DNA of 64,000 nucleotides from IMG/VR virus record IMGVR_UViG_3300008120_000157; one strand, 5' to 3'. Below the pieces are notes generated by a model. It saw only the letters and a program-made list of their open reading frames with translations, searched no databases and had not been told where the DNA came from. The position numbers and the translations under genes were made by a program. Below, piece by piece: positions 28,552 through 37,878 of this stretch; within the stretch, counting starts at the first letter, position 1, and each line of letters opens with the position of its first letter. The DNA comes from an uncultured virus (IMG/VR IMGVR_UViG_3300008120_000157) (lineage: Duplodnaviria; Heunggongvirae; Uroviricota; Caudoviricetes; Crassvirales).

Positions 28552-28718
28552 AAAAGACAGCATTAGCCCTTATGATCTTTATGATACTAGTCACCTTTAC
28601 AATGGTGCTAGTATCATTATCTAACACATTACTCAACCCTGCACTGTCCTGGTTCTTGACTGCAATGTATTTCATAGCCACACTAGGCTCTATTCTTGTA
28701 TATCAGGGTGAGAAATAG
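28548..28718 (+). CDS. 56-aa two-TM membrane protein
   Basis: MKKTALALMIFMILVTFTMVLVSLSNTLLNPALSWFLTAMYFIATLGSILVYQGEK. Confidence 0.55.
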   Translation: MKKTALALMIFMILVTFTMVLVSLSNTLLNPALSWFLTAMYFIATLGSILVYQGEK

Positions 28719-28763
28719 TCTCTCACCTTGATTATGCTATAACTTGTATTAAATCTATACACA

Positions 28764-29009
28764 ATGAAGTATCTTAAAACCTTAAACCGACCAACAAAAG
28801 CACTAGTTGCTTTATTATTGCCTGCTGTATACTTGACTATACTCAACAAGGCATTATTACTAGCTCTATATATCTCATTCGGCATGACTACTAAAGAGTA
28901 TAACAACTCTTACTTAGTACTGACCTTGAATATCTTGGCTGGCCTGTTCTTCTTGTATGAGACACTACTGTTCTTATACAGCAACAAGCGAACACCGATA
29001 GAATATTAA
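28764..29009 (+). CDS. 81-aa membrane protein
   Basis: Two hydrophobic segments. Confidence 0.55.
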   Translation: MKYLKTLNRPTKALVALLLPAVYLTILNKALLLALYISFGMTTKEYNNSYLVLTLNILAGLFFLYETLLFLYSNKRTPIEY

Positions 29010-29060
29010 TTACATAGTTATAGTAGGATAGCTCTTACTATAACTACACGTTTTAGAGGT

Positions 29061-29096
29061 AAGCCCTGCTTGGTTAATACTAAGTGGGGCTTTATT
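29061..29096 (+). terminator. Hairpin or terminator after the membrane-peptide cluster
   Basis: AAGCCCTGCTTGG...CTAAGTGGGGCTT followed by T-rich sequence; preceded by the TAGTTATAGTA/TACTATAACTA inverted repeat. Confidence 0.55.
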
Positions 29097-29257
29097 TCTA
29101 CACATTGTTTTTTCATTTAATAATCCAACATCAAAGCGCATCGTCACAAAAACTTTGATAGGAAACCATTACAGCATGTTCGGCTGTAATGTCTAGGCTT
29201 TATAAGCCTGATCTAGAACACAATCTATTATTTATTTATCTATTAAAAACAATTATC

Positions 29258-29776
29258 ATGAACAAAATCGTTTTAGAATCTGCAAAAGGAGTAAAAGGTA
29301 ACAAAGTACAACTTACTTTCTCACAAGTAGTGAACACTGGCAAATCATCAAATAACATTCTTGGTTTATTAAACGCATCTGACGATCGCTTTAATCAATC
29401 TAAGCCTCGTTATGCATGGTTATCAGGTGAGAAAGCAGATATCACTGCACAATTTGGCATCGATGTAACTAACCTTACTGAAGGTGAAGAGCTTATCATT
29501 AACCAAGAAGATCCACGTCTTGCTGGTGCACCTGATATGCCATTAAACATTCAGATTGTAGAGACTACAAAAGGTACAGAGTATGATGTAGCTAACTTTG
29601 AGACACGTGCTAAACGTGCTGGTAAAGATGGTGACTTCATTCTTCACAACGGTTTGTATATCTATAGCCGCTCACTTGTAGTAACAGGTGAAGCAAAACA
29701 TGTTATTTTGGAAGGTACTACTCGTTTAGATGTAGCACAAACAGCTGATGTATTGTCTGCAGCACTCAACAATTAA
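29258..29776 (+). CDS. Highly expressed early protein (possible ssDNA-binding protein)
   Basis: Real start is probably the ATG at 29258 (A-rich leader); strong codon bias; own terminator. Confidence 0.55.
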   Translation: MNKIVLESAKGVKGNKVQLTFSQVVNTGKSSNNILGLLNASDDRFNQSKPRYAWLSGEKADITAQFGIDVTNLTEGEELIINQEDPRLAGAPDMPLNIQIVETTKGTEYDVANFETRAKRAGKDGDFILHNGLYIYSRSLVVTGEAKHVILEGTTRLDVAQTADVLSAALNN

Positions 29777-29788
29777 TTGTTGATATAA

Positions 29789-29820
29789 TATAAGGGGTAG
29801 AGCAATCTGCCCCTTTATTA
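29789..29820 (+). terminator. Intrinsic terminator
   Basis: TAAGGGGTAGA-GCAA-TCTGCCCCTTTA. Confidence 0.75.
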
Positions 29821-29844
29821 TTAACCTTTAAATACCACACTATC

Positions 29845-30108
29845 ATGTCTAAAGTAAAGAAAATTAAAAGAGTTCGCATGGATGAACTTGGTCTCTATTT
29901 AAATACAATAGAACTAGACCATAAACCACGAACAAATAAAGAGCGAGCGGAGTTGGTAACTAAATACTTTAATGTAAAGTGTTTAGAAGAGGATGTAGAT
30001 AATTATGAGAGACTTTTAAAAGAATACGATTATATAGTACAAGAAGATTACGAACTTGAGTCAAGACGTCAAGAGTATTTTTCACACCTAGGGTTTATAT
30101 TCATATAA
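29845..30108 (+). CDS. Hypothetical protein
   Basis: 87-aa ORF. Confidence 0.55.
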   Translation: MSKVKKIKRVRMDELGLYLNTIELDHKPRTNKERAELVTKYFNVKCLEEDVDNYERLLKEYDYIVQEDYELESRRQEYFSHLGFIFI

Positions 30109-30118
30109 ACAGTAGGAT

Positions 30119-30204
30119 AGTCAGGTGGCGGAATGGTAGACGCTAATGGTCAAGTATGTGAATCTAACCGCATACTGTTACAGGTTCGAATCCTGTCCTG
30201 ACTA
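30119..30204 (+). tRNA. tRNA-like element (Leu-type D and T arms, non-canonical anticodon region)
   Basis: Acceptor AGTCAGG/CCTGACT+A, D arm GCG-GAATGGTAGA-CGC, T arm ACAGG-TTCGAAT-CCTGT; no canonical anticodon stem. Confidence 0.65.
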
Positions 30205-30256
30205 CTAGACAGCTTGGATAGACAAGCATTTTTATTAATCCTTTAAAACTTAAATT

Positions 30257-30517
30257 ATGTTAAAAGTACTAGACTTTAGTGCCAAATGGTGTGGACCCTG
30301 CAAAATGCTAAGTCCCATTATTGATGAGCTTGCATTAGAATATCCTGATGTTGAGATTCAAAAAATAGATGTAGATACTGAAAAAAATCTTACTATAGAA
30401 TATAAAGTAAGAAGTATCCCTACTATAATCTTCATAAAAGATGATGAAATCATGCATAAACATGTAGGTAGTGCAAATAAGTTACAGATTGTTGAACTAA
30501 TAGAATCTTTAAAATGA
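30257..30517 (+). CDS. trxA: Thioredoxin
   Basis: DFSAKWCGPCK, VRSIPT. Confidence 0.95.
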   Translation: MLKVLDFSAKWCGPCKMLSPIIDELALEYPDVEIQKIDVDTEKNLTIEYKVRSIPTIIFIKDDEIMHKHVGSANKLQIVELIESLK

Positions 30518-30831
30518 GAGAGAGACAAAAATTAACAGCAGGAATGTATGTTAAGATGAGTAATGATACTACTCAGCATGCAGCAGGTCTTACAAAAGAC
30601 AAAAAATATAAAGTATTTGATGTAGAACATCTTGGAAAAAACACTTATTTCAGTATTATAAATGATCACGGTACAGCAGTATTGTGCATATTTGACAAAT
30701 GTAGTTTGTTATATAAAAAGGATTGGGTTATAGTATCTAACAGCATTTTAGATAATGAAGTCTATCAAGCATTGTTATATTTCTTTGCAGGTATTGGTTT
30801 TGGTTATTTACTATTTAATGTGATATTATGA
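30514..30831 (+). CDS. Hypothetical protein with C-terminal TM helix
   Basis: GLTKDKKYKV, IINDHG; ATGA-coupled on both sides. Confidence 0.55.
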   Translation: MRERQKLTAGMYVKMSNDTTQHAAGLTKDKKYKVFDVEHLGKNTYFSIINDHGTAVLCIFDKCSLLYKKDWVIVSNSILDNEVYQALLYFFAGIGFGYLLFNVIL

Positions 30832-31697
30832 AACCTTCTTTAGTAGAAAAAGTCAGTAGAAAGACTTTTAAAATCAGAGAATCAGGTAGATCTAGCGACT
30901 ATATAAGCCCCTCATTTGGTTTTGGCTGCTTACTAGAATGTGGTTACTGCTACATGAAGCGTCATAAACCAAAGGGGCTTAGTGTTGCTAAGAATACAGG
31001 TGATATATTAACAGAGATTAACAATCATGCATTCTTTTATGCTGATGTTCCTAAACCTAATCAAACAGATGAACATTTTATTACTTACGATATTGCATGC
31101 AATGAAGACTTTGCGCTCCATGCCAAGTATCACGATTGGCAAAGAATATTTGAATTCTTCCGCACGCATCCTATTGCAAAAGCTACACTTGCGACTAAAA
31201 TAATACCTATTGACTTTCTAGAATACAATCCTGAAGGTAAAGTAAGAATTAGATTTAGTCTAATGCCACAAAAGATATCAAGTATATTGGAACCTAATAC
31301 TAGTTTAATCATCGATAGAATCAAAGCTATTGATGCATTTATAGAAGCAGGGTACGATGTACATGTTAACTTTAGTCCTGTAGTAGTATATCCTGGTTAT
31401 TTAGAAGACTATGCTGAATTGTTTGAAATGTTAGAGCATTATGTAGATTATAAGGATCAAGTAAAAGCTGAAGTAATTTTCTTGACTCATAATAAATCTA
31501 AGCATATTTACAATCTTATAAATAATGTACCAGGTGAAGATTTGTTATGGACTCCTAACAACCAAGAGACTAAAAATTCACAGTACGGCGGAGAGAATAT
31601 TAGATATCAATTAGCTCTTAAAGCTAAATATATCCAAGATTTTAAAACTTTACATGATTCTATAATCCCTTGGAATACAATTCGTTACATTTTTTAA
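30828..31697 (+). CDS. splB: Spore photoproduct lyase-like radical SAM protein
   Basis: GCLLECGYCYM (CxxxCxxC), RIRFSLMP, LEP.TS....RI.A...F..AGY.VHVNFSPV, final YIF. Confidence 0.82.
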   Translation: MKPSLVEKVSRKTFKIRESGRSSDYISPSFGFGCLLECGYCYMKRHKPKGLSVAKNTGDILTEINNHAFFYADVPKPNQTDEHFITYDIACNEDFALHAKYHDWQRIFEFFRTHPIAKATLATKIIPIDFLEYNPEGKVRIRFSLMPQKISSILEPNTSLIIDRIKAIDAFIEAGYDVHVNFSPVVVYPGYLEDYAELFEMLEHYVDYKDQVKAEVIFLTHNKSKHIYNLINNVPGEDLLWTPNNQETKNSQYGGENIRYQLALKAKYIQDFKTLHDSIIPWNTIRYIF

Positions 31698-31706
31698 ACT
31701 ATCTTT

Positions 31707-31892
31707 ATGCAGAAATTTAAACTAATTTTTATAGGCACAATGTTAGGCATAATAGTAAGCATTTTTGTTGACAAAGCTAATTATAGACCTATTGTAGAAA
31801 AATATACTATTAGTATTACTCAAGATTGGGAAAAAACATGTAACCCACGTGAGCGTGCTTATTACGAACATTTAATTAGAACTAAGCCATGA
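31707..31892 (+). CDS. Small protein with N-terminal TM helix
   Basis: 61-aa ORF. Confidence 0.5.
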   Translation: MQKFKLIFIGTMLGIIVSIFVDKANYRPIVEKYTISITQDWEKTCNPRERAYYEHLIRTKP

Positions 31893-31987
31893 TTAAAGAA
31901 TTAGAATTCTGGCTTAAATACATCATAGTTATTGTACTAATTGTGTACATACTTAAACAACTATCATGTTATGAGTTTCTCTATTAA
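31889..31987 (+). CDS. 32-aa membrane micropeptide
   Basis: MIKELEFWLKYIIVIVLIVYILKQLSCYEFLY; ATGA overlap. Confidence 0.45.
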   Translation: MIKELEFWLKYIIVIVLIVYILKQLSCYEFLY

Positions 31988-32025
31988 CTAAACAACAAGA
32001 ACAATAAACCCCTAAATTTCTAAAT

Positions 32026-32220
32026 ATGACAAAGTACAAAGTAGTGCAAGTAGATGAGAATGTATTCGCTATTAAAAAGCGTGTATTATTTTTCTTTTGG
32101 TCTTATGTAACAGTGCCTAACTATCCTCGTATAGTATGGACTTCTAGCTCTTACAGAGGCGCAAAAGCATACCACACTTTATTGGTTAATAAAGTGCAAA
32201 ACAAAAAGAAAACTAAATAG
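32026..32220 (+). CDS. Hypothetical basic protein
   Basis: KYKVV....FAIKKRVLFFFW. Confidence 0.55.
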   Translation: MTKYKVVQVDENVFAIKKRVLFFFWSYVTVPNYPRIVWTSSSYRGAKAYHTLLVNKVQNKKKTK

Positions 32221-32333
32221 TCAAGTCTCTTGACAGTTGCATAATTATTGTAAATTATTTATATTTACAGTTAGCTTTTAGTTTTCCCGTACAACAATAA
32301 TTTACTGATTATCAACTTAATAAGTTTTTACTT

Positions 32334-34343
32334 ATGATTTATTTAGTTACTAACCAGCAGAGTATGTTTACCTCTGCTGGTTATTCTTTGGCGACTGTCG
32401 AAGACTCAATAAAATACCTCAAAACACTAGACATTATCGGTTTCGATACCGAGACTATGGGCTTAGACCCTTACACTAAACCTTTGCTGTCTATGCAGCT
32501 AGGTGATGAGCAAAAACAGTATGTAGTAGACTGCACGACTGTAGATCCCAAAGTGTACAAAGAATTGCTTGAAAGCAAGGTTTTGATCATGCACAATGCA
32601 AAGTTTGACTTGAGATATCTATTTCACCATGGAATTGTGCCTACTAAAATCTTTGATACTTTTCTTATCGAGAGAATCTTAACTACTGGCATAGATACTG
32701 TTAGAAGATCGCTTGATGCAGTGGTGTATAGATATTGCAAAATAGAACTTGATAAAACTGTACGTGGCCATATTCATCGTGAAGGCTTGTCTACAAGAGT
32801 TATTAAATATGCAGCTGATGACGTTAAATATCTTCACCAAGTGATGAGAAAACAACAAGTAGCATTGCAAGAGAATAACTTGACACGTGCTGCTAGTCTT
32901 GACAACGAGTTTGTTGTGGTACTAGCATACATCGAGTATTGTGGCTTCTATATGAATCCACAAGACTGGGCTAAAAAATGCGAAGAAGACAAGAAAGATC
33001 TTGAAGCTGTTAAGAAGAAGCTAGATGATTTTATCTTGGCTAATCCTGAGCAATATGCTGATTATATAGACAATCAGCTAGATTTATTTGCTGCAGGTGT
33101 ATCTACTAAAATCAATTGGTCATCTTCTAAACAAGTAATAAGCTTTATGCAATCGCTAGGCGTCGAGACTCTTACTAAAGACAAGGAGACAGGCTTGTTT
33201 AAACACTCTGTTGACAAGAAAGTCTTGGGTCCTCAGAAGAAGAAACACCCTATTATTCCTACGTACATTGAGTACACTGAGCATCAAAAAGTTGTGAGTA
33301 CTTATGGAGACAACTGGTTTAGTTACATAAACCCTGTCACCAAAAGAATACATAGCAATTTTACTCAGATTATGAATACGGGCAGACTGTCCAGTGGTCA
33401 AAAAGCTAACAAAAAGACTAACATACCACAGGCACCTAATATGCAAAACATACCAAGTGATTCTAGAACTCGTAGTTGTTTTCAATCTCAAGAAGGTAAT
33501 GTACTAATAGTAAGTGATTATAGTGGTCAGGAGCAGATTGTACTTGCCAATAAAAGCTTAGACAATGACTTGTTGTATTTCTATTCACAAGGCCTTGGTG
33601 ATATGCATAGTTTCGTAGCATCAAAGATTTTTCCTGAATTATCAGGATTGTCGCTAGATGAAATTAAAAACAATCACAAAGACAAGAGACAAATTGCTAA
33701 AGGTGCAGGCTTTGCTATTAATTACGGCGGCACAGGAATTACTATATCTCAAAACTTAAACATCTCTATGGAAGAAGGCGAGAAAGTATATCAAGAATAC
33801 TTTAAAGCATTTCCTGGCTTAGCTAACTATTTTAAGCAAGAGAAACAACGAGCGTTGAGTTTGGGTTATATAGAATTTAATCCTATTAGTCGTCGTAAAT
33901 GTTTTATTCCTTTTTGGGAAGATTACAAGAGATTACATGATGAAATCTATAATACTACAGGATTCTGGGATGACTACAAATACCACAAACAAGAAGAAAC
34001 TGAAGAGTTTCGACAGTTTTACAAGCCTAAAGTGCGTGAGTATTTTATGAAAAAAGGTGATATTGAACGCATGTCATTGAATTATCCTATTCAAGGCTCT
34101 AGTGCCGACATTACTAAACTTGCAGGTGTATACTTTTTTAGGTATTTACTTGAAAAAAGTTTAGTATTCAAAGTTTTAATGCCTAATGTAGTACATGACG
34201 AGTGGATTGTAGAATCTCCAAAAGAACTTGCAGAAGAAATAAAAAACAAATTACAAGAATGCATGGAAGATGCAGGTAAAGTATTTTGTAAAGTTGTTAA
34301 ACTAAAAGCTGACCCTGTTGTAACAACACACTGGCAGCATTAA
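32334..34343 (+). CDS. polA: Family A DNA polymerase (3'-5' exonuclease plus polymerase)
   Basis: GFDTET, HNAKFD, YAADDV; TGRLSS, DYSGQE, RQIAKGAGFAINYG, NYPIQGSSAD, VHDE. Confidence 0.95.
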   Translation: MIYLVTNQQSMFTSAGYSLATVEDSIKYLKTLDIIGFDTETMGLDPYTKPLLSMQLGDEQKQYVVDCTTVDPKVYKELLESKVLIMHNAKFDLRYLFHHGIVPTKIFDTFLIERILTTGIDTVRRSLDAVVYRYCKIELDKTVRGHIHREGLSTRVIKYAADDVKYLHQVMRKQQVALQENNLTRAASLDNEFVVVLAYIEYCGFYMNPQDWAKKCEEDKKDLEAVKKKLDDFILANPEQYADYIDNQLDLFAAGVSTKINWSSSKQVISFMQSLGVETLTKDKETGLFKHSVDKKVLGPQKKKHPIIPTYIEYTEHQKVVSTYGDNWFSYINPVTKRIHSNFTQIMNTGRLSSGQKANKKTNIPQAPNMQNIPSDSRTRSCFQSQEGNVLIVSDYSGQEQIVLANKSLDNDLLYFYSQGLGDMHSFVASKIFPELSGLSLDEIKNNHKDKRQIAKGAGFAINYGGTGITISQNLNISMEEGEKVYQEYFKAFPGLANYFKQEKQRALSLGYIEFNPISRRKCFIPFWEDYKRLHDEIYNTTGFWDDYKYHKQEETEEFRQFYKPKVREYFMKKGDIERMSLNYPIQGSSADITKLAGVYFFRYLLEKSLVFKVLMPNVVHDEWIVESPKELAEEIKNKLQECMEDAGKVFCKVVKLKADPVVTTHWQH

Positions 34344-34353
34344 ATCTTACATT

Positions 34354-35499
34354 ATGAGGGAAAAAATACAAACAGCAGCAACTGATGCCATCATTGCTAA
34401 TAAATTTAAAGGCATCATTGAAGTAGCGCCTCGTGTAGGTAAAAGCAAAATAGTAATCGATGCTCTCAATACTGTAGAAGCTAACCTGAAAGTACTTATT
34501 ACTGCACCTAGAAAAGAAATATTTGAGAGTTGGAAGAAAGAGTTTGAAATTTGGGGTTTAAGAGAAAATATTTCTATTGATTTCTTGTGGAGTAATAGTT
34601 TAAAGAAGAACAAAACCGCATACAATCTAATTATATGTGATGAGGTTCATGCTTACAATCTAAATGTCCTTAGTTTGCTTACACTAGAGCAAGCTAAGGG
34701 CACTAGGATATTAAGCATTACAGGTACGCTAGATGGAAATACTGAGTATTTGTTAGAGACTATGTTAAAGCAAGAAGTGTTATACACCTACACTGTTGCT
34801 GAAGCTATCGAAGATCAAATTGTAGCTGACTATGAAATCATATGTGTAGGCTGTAATTTAGATAGCACACTGAGCTATGTACAAGCAGGTAATATTGAGA
34901 AACCTTTTACTCAAACAGAGTTAGCAGCTTATACTTATTGGAACGATGCATATCAAAAAGCTAAATCTAGACAGCAGTGGAGTTCTTTAAGATTTTTGAT
35001 GTCTAAGCGTTTAGATGTAATTTATAATTCTAAGACTAAACTGGAAGCAACTAAGAAAATCTTATCTTTGCAAGACAGAGCAATTTCTTTTTCTGGGCGC
35101 CAAGAAATAGCCGATCAACTAGGAGATGAATCTTTCCACAGTAAAGCTGATAAAACTGCATTAGATCGCTTTAAAGCAGGCAAAATTAACAAATTGAGCG
35201 TAGTTTCTATGGTCTCAATGGGTGTTACTATTCCTGATTTAAAAGTAGCAGTATTTAATCAACTTAAAAGTGAAGAAAATCTTGCTATTCAACAAGCTAT
35301 GAGAGTAATGAATATGGAAGGAGGCAAAAAAGCCACTATCTATATTGTGTATTTGAAGGGCACTCAAGATGAAGTATGGATGCTATCTGCACTACAAGGA
35401 TTTGATCCTAATAAAATCAAAAAAATAGACTTAAAAGATTTACCAGATGGAAATAGTATTAAACCTAAAAGAGTTAACAAAAAAAAGTCTGTGTCCTGA
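34354..35499 (+). CDS. SF2 helicase
   Basis: PRVGKS, ICDEVH, ITGT, SMGVTIPDL, QQAMR. Confidence 0.8.
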   Translation: MREKIQTAATDAIIANKFKGIIEVAPRVGKSKIVIDALNTVEANLKVLITAPRKEIFESWKKEFEIWGLRENISIDFLWSNSLKKNKTAYNLIICDEVHAYNLNVLSLLTLEQAKGTRILSITGTLDGNTEYLLETMLKQEVLYTYTVAEAIEDQIVADYEIICVGCNLDSTLSYVQAGNIEKPFTQTELAAYTYWNDAYQKAKSRQQWSSLRFLMSKRLDVIYNSKTKLEATKKILSLQDRAISFSGRQEIADQLGDESFHSKADKTALDRFKAGKINKLSVVSMVSMGVTIPDLKVAVFNQLKSEENLAIQQAMRVMNMEGGKKATIYIVYLKGTQDEVWMLSALQGFDPNKIKKIDLKDLPDGNSIKPKRVNKKKSVS

Positions 35500-36007
35500 T
35501 GAGTATGTATTGTTGTATTTGATGTATCACAAAGATTTTGATACGATTCTGACTTTATACGGAGCAAAACATGCTTTAAAACTAAGAGACGGATTAAAAG
35601 GTTCTGGATATATACTAGACGCTTCAGGAAAGTTTACAGAAACTAAGCTTAGTAACAAACATGTAGAAAAACTCTTGCATATAAGATCTGACAAAGTAAA
35701 TTTTTGGGAGTTTTATAACTGCTACCCTGTCAAGGTTGGATCTCGCATTCTTCGTAGTGCGGGACCAACCTCTCAGGTAGCAATAAAACATGAAAAAAAA
35801 TACTTGACTCGTATTAAAACACAAGAGCAACACCAGCATGCAGTTGCATGTATACAAGCTTATGTAGCTAAAGTAATCCAAACAGGTAAACAGCAATATC
35901 TGCCTAATATGGAGACTGTAATGAATAATTCATTATGGGAACAGTGGGAAGAATTTATACAACCGTTTGGAGCTGAAGGACAAGACTGGAATTCTCAAGT
36001 AATTTAA
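35447..36007 (+). CDS. Putative replication initiator or helicase-loader-associated protein
   Basis: FWEFYNCYPVKVG motif; upstream of the DnaB-like gene. Confidence 0.45.
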   Translation: MEIVLNLKELTKKSLCPDEYVLLYLMYHKDFDTILTLYGAKHALKLRDGLKGSGYILDASGKFTETKLSNKHVEKLLHIRSDKVNFWEFYNCYPVKVGSRILRSAGPTSQVAIKHEKKYLTRIKTQEQHQHAVACIQAYVAKVIQTGKQQYLPNMETVMNNSLWEQWEEFIQPFGAEGQDWNSQVI

Positions 36008-36012
36008 TAAAC

Positions 36013-36201
36013 ATGAATATAACAATAGACTTAGAAGAAGCAATACTTACATTGGCTAAAGAAAAGGCTCTTTATAATTTTACAGATAACTCATTAAGTT
36101 ATGAAGAAGCTTTGCTAACAGACATAGGCCCGCAATTAGTAGAAGCAGTTATAATGTACAGCAGATACTACAGGCGAATATTAACGTCCTTAAAAAAATA
36201 A
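36013..36201 (+). CDS. Hypothetical protein
   Basis: 62-aa ORF. Confidence 0.45.
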   Translation: MNITIDLEEAILTLAKEKALYNFTDNSLSYEEALLTDIGPQLVEAVIMYSRYYRRILTSLKK

Positions 36202-36205
36202 TCAA

Positions 36206-37279
36206 ATGGCTAAAATCAAATATTGGGATAGGCTAAAAGAAAGTATTGAACGTGGTAAACACGGTTTAAATACAGGCATACCTTTCCAAGGCTTTACTAC
36301 TTTAAGTAATCAGATAAAGAATATTCAACAAGGTCGTTATGATTTAATTTTTGCAGGTACTAGTGTCGGTAAAACAGCGTTTGTAAATTCTACTTATGTG
36401 TATGGTGCTATTGAGTTTCTACAAAATAATCCTGGTTATATCCATGATATTGAGATTATTTATTATTCTCTAGAGATTCCACCTGAACATCAAATTGCTA
36501 AACATATTGCTAGTTTGATATGGAGAAATCACGGAGTACTAACATCGGTAGACGAGATACTTTCTAGAGGTAATTTACTTATTCGTCCTGAAGTCGAAGC
36601 ATTGATAGATTTATATCAATCACAGATGGAAGAGATACAGGATAAGTATTTGTATTTTAGAAGTTCGTTGAATCCTGATTTTTTGTACAAAGACTTGATT
36701 ACTTATGCTGAAAGTCGTGGGAAAGTAGTAAAGAGTCCTGAAGGTTTGATAGTTGATTATGTGCCTAACAATCCAGGCTTAATTACTCTAGTAGTAATAG
36801 ACCATATTGGTCTTATAGGCTATAATAACTACAAAGACCTCAAGGAAGCTATCGACAAAGCATCAAGAACTTTAGTGTTCTTCAGAAACATGTTTAACTT
36901 CAGCCCTGTAGTAATCTCGCAAATTAACCGTAGCTCTGAGCAAATGGATCGTAGAGAAAATGACAGTTGGATGCCTATGTTGAGTGATATCAAAAACACT
37001 GGTAACGTAGCAGAAGACTGCAACACAGCTATTGGCATTGCTAGTCCGTTTTATTACGGCGTAGACAAGTGTTTGGGTTACGACATCACCAAGTACAAAA
37101 ACCGTTACAGGCTTGCCAAAATCTGCAAGAACCGTGACGGCGACGTAAATCTTTTGGCTAGCTTCCTGTTTATAGGCGAGTTTGGCGGTTATTATCAACT
37201 ACCAAAAGCTGAAGATATGATGGGTAAGCCAGAAGAACTACGTAAAATCGATGATTATTATCGTTCCTTAAACTTTTAA
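36206..37279 (+). CDS. dnaB: DnaB-like replicative helicase
   Basis: AGTSVGKT, YYSLE, VVIDHIGL, ISQINR, LSDIKNTGNVAED, KNRDG. Confidence 0.9.
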   Translation: MAKIKYWDRLKESIERGKHGLNTGIPFQGFTTLSNQIKNIQQGRYDLIFAGTSVGKTAFVNSTYVYGAIEFLQNNPGYIHDIEIIYYSLEIPPEHQIAKHIASLIWRNHGVLTSVDEILSRGNLLIRPEVEALIDLYQSQMEEIQDKYLYFRSSLNPDFLYKDLITYAESRGKVVKSPEGLIVDYVPNNPGLITLVVIDHIGLIGYNNYKDLKEAIDKASRTLVFFRNMFNFSPVVISQINRSSEQMDRRENDSWMPMLSDIKNTGNVAEDCNTAIGIASPFYYGVDKCLGYDITKYKNRYRLAKICKNRDGDVNLLASFLFIGEFGGYYQLPKAEDMMGKPEELRKIDDYYRSLNF

Positions 37280-37281
37280 CT

Positions 37282-37575
37282 ATGATAGTAGAAAAATATG
37301 AGTGGGTTAAGAAACAACTCACAGATTTCCCTGCGCTAAGAGATAGTAACGAGCGATTGTATTATCGATACTTACTAGCAATGGGTTATGATGTAGACAC
37401 TAAAACTGCTAAGGAATTCTTAAAAGATATGGAAGCTAGAAGCATACCGTACTTAGATTCTGTAAGCAGAGCTAGTCGTAAGGTACAAGAAGAACATCCA
37501 CACTTACGTGGAGAACTATACAACAAACGCAAAGTAAAACAAGAGCAAGTAAAAGAAGAAATTCAAAGTATGTAA
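37282..37575 (+). CDS. Hypothetical protein
   Basis: P.LRDSNERL, SVSRASRKVQEEHPHLRG. Confidence 0.6.
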   Translation: MIVEKYEWVKKQLTDFPALRDSNERLYYRYLLAMGYDVDTKTAKEFLKDMEARSIPYLDSVSRASRKVQEEHPHLRGELYNKRKVKQEQVKEEIQSM

Positions 37576-37576
37576 T

Positions 37577-37828
37577 ATGCAACTAACTTTTAAAGACTGG
37601 GGTAAGCCCCATGGAATCGCAGGCAGCATTAAATCAAACGATCCTGAAAAATCAAAAGAAGAAGCAAAAAGAATTCTATTTTATCAAGAAGAACTAACTC
37701 CGCAAGGAGGAAGATTCGAGCTTTTTAGAGAACCACAGCACACAGATGAAGATGTCAATAGAGCCAAAAGTTGGCTAAGACATAACCTTGATGTAGTAAG
37801 CATTAAAGTGGTTAAAGCCCTTGTATAA
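37577..37828 (+). CDS. Hypothetical protein
   Basis: 83-aa ORF. Confidence 0.5.
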   Translation: MQLTFKDWGKPHGIAGSIKSNDPEKSKEEAKRILFYQEELTPQGGRFELFREPQHTDEDVNRAKSWLRHNLDVVSIKVVKALV

Positions 37829-37878
37829 TCTAGATTTTTTGCGTATCTTTATTAAGTAATCTAATCAAAAATTTATTT

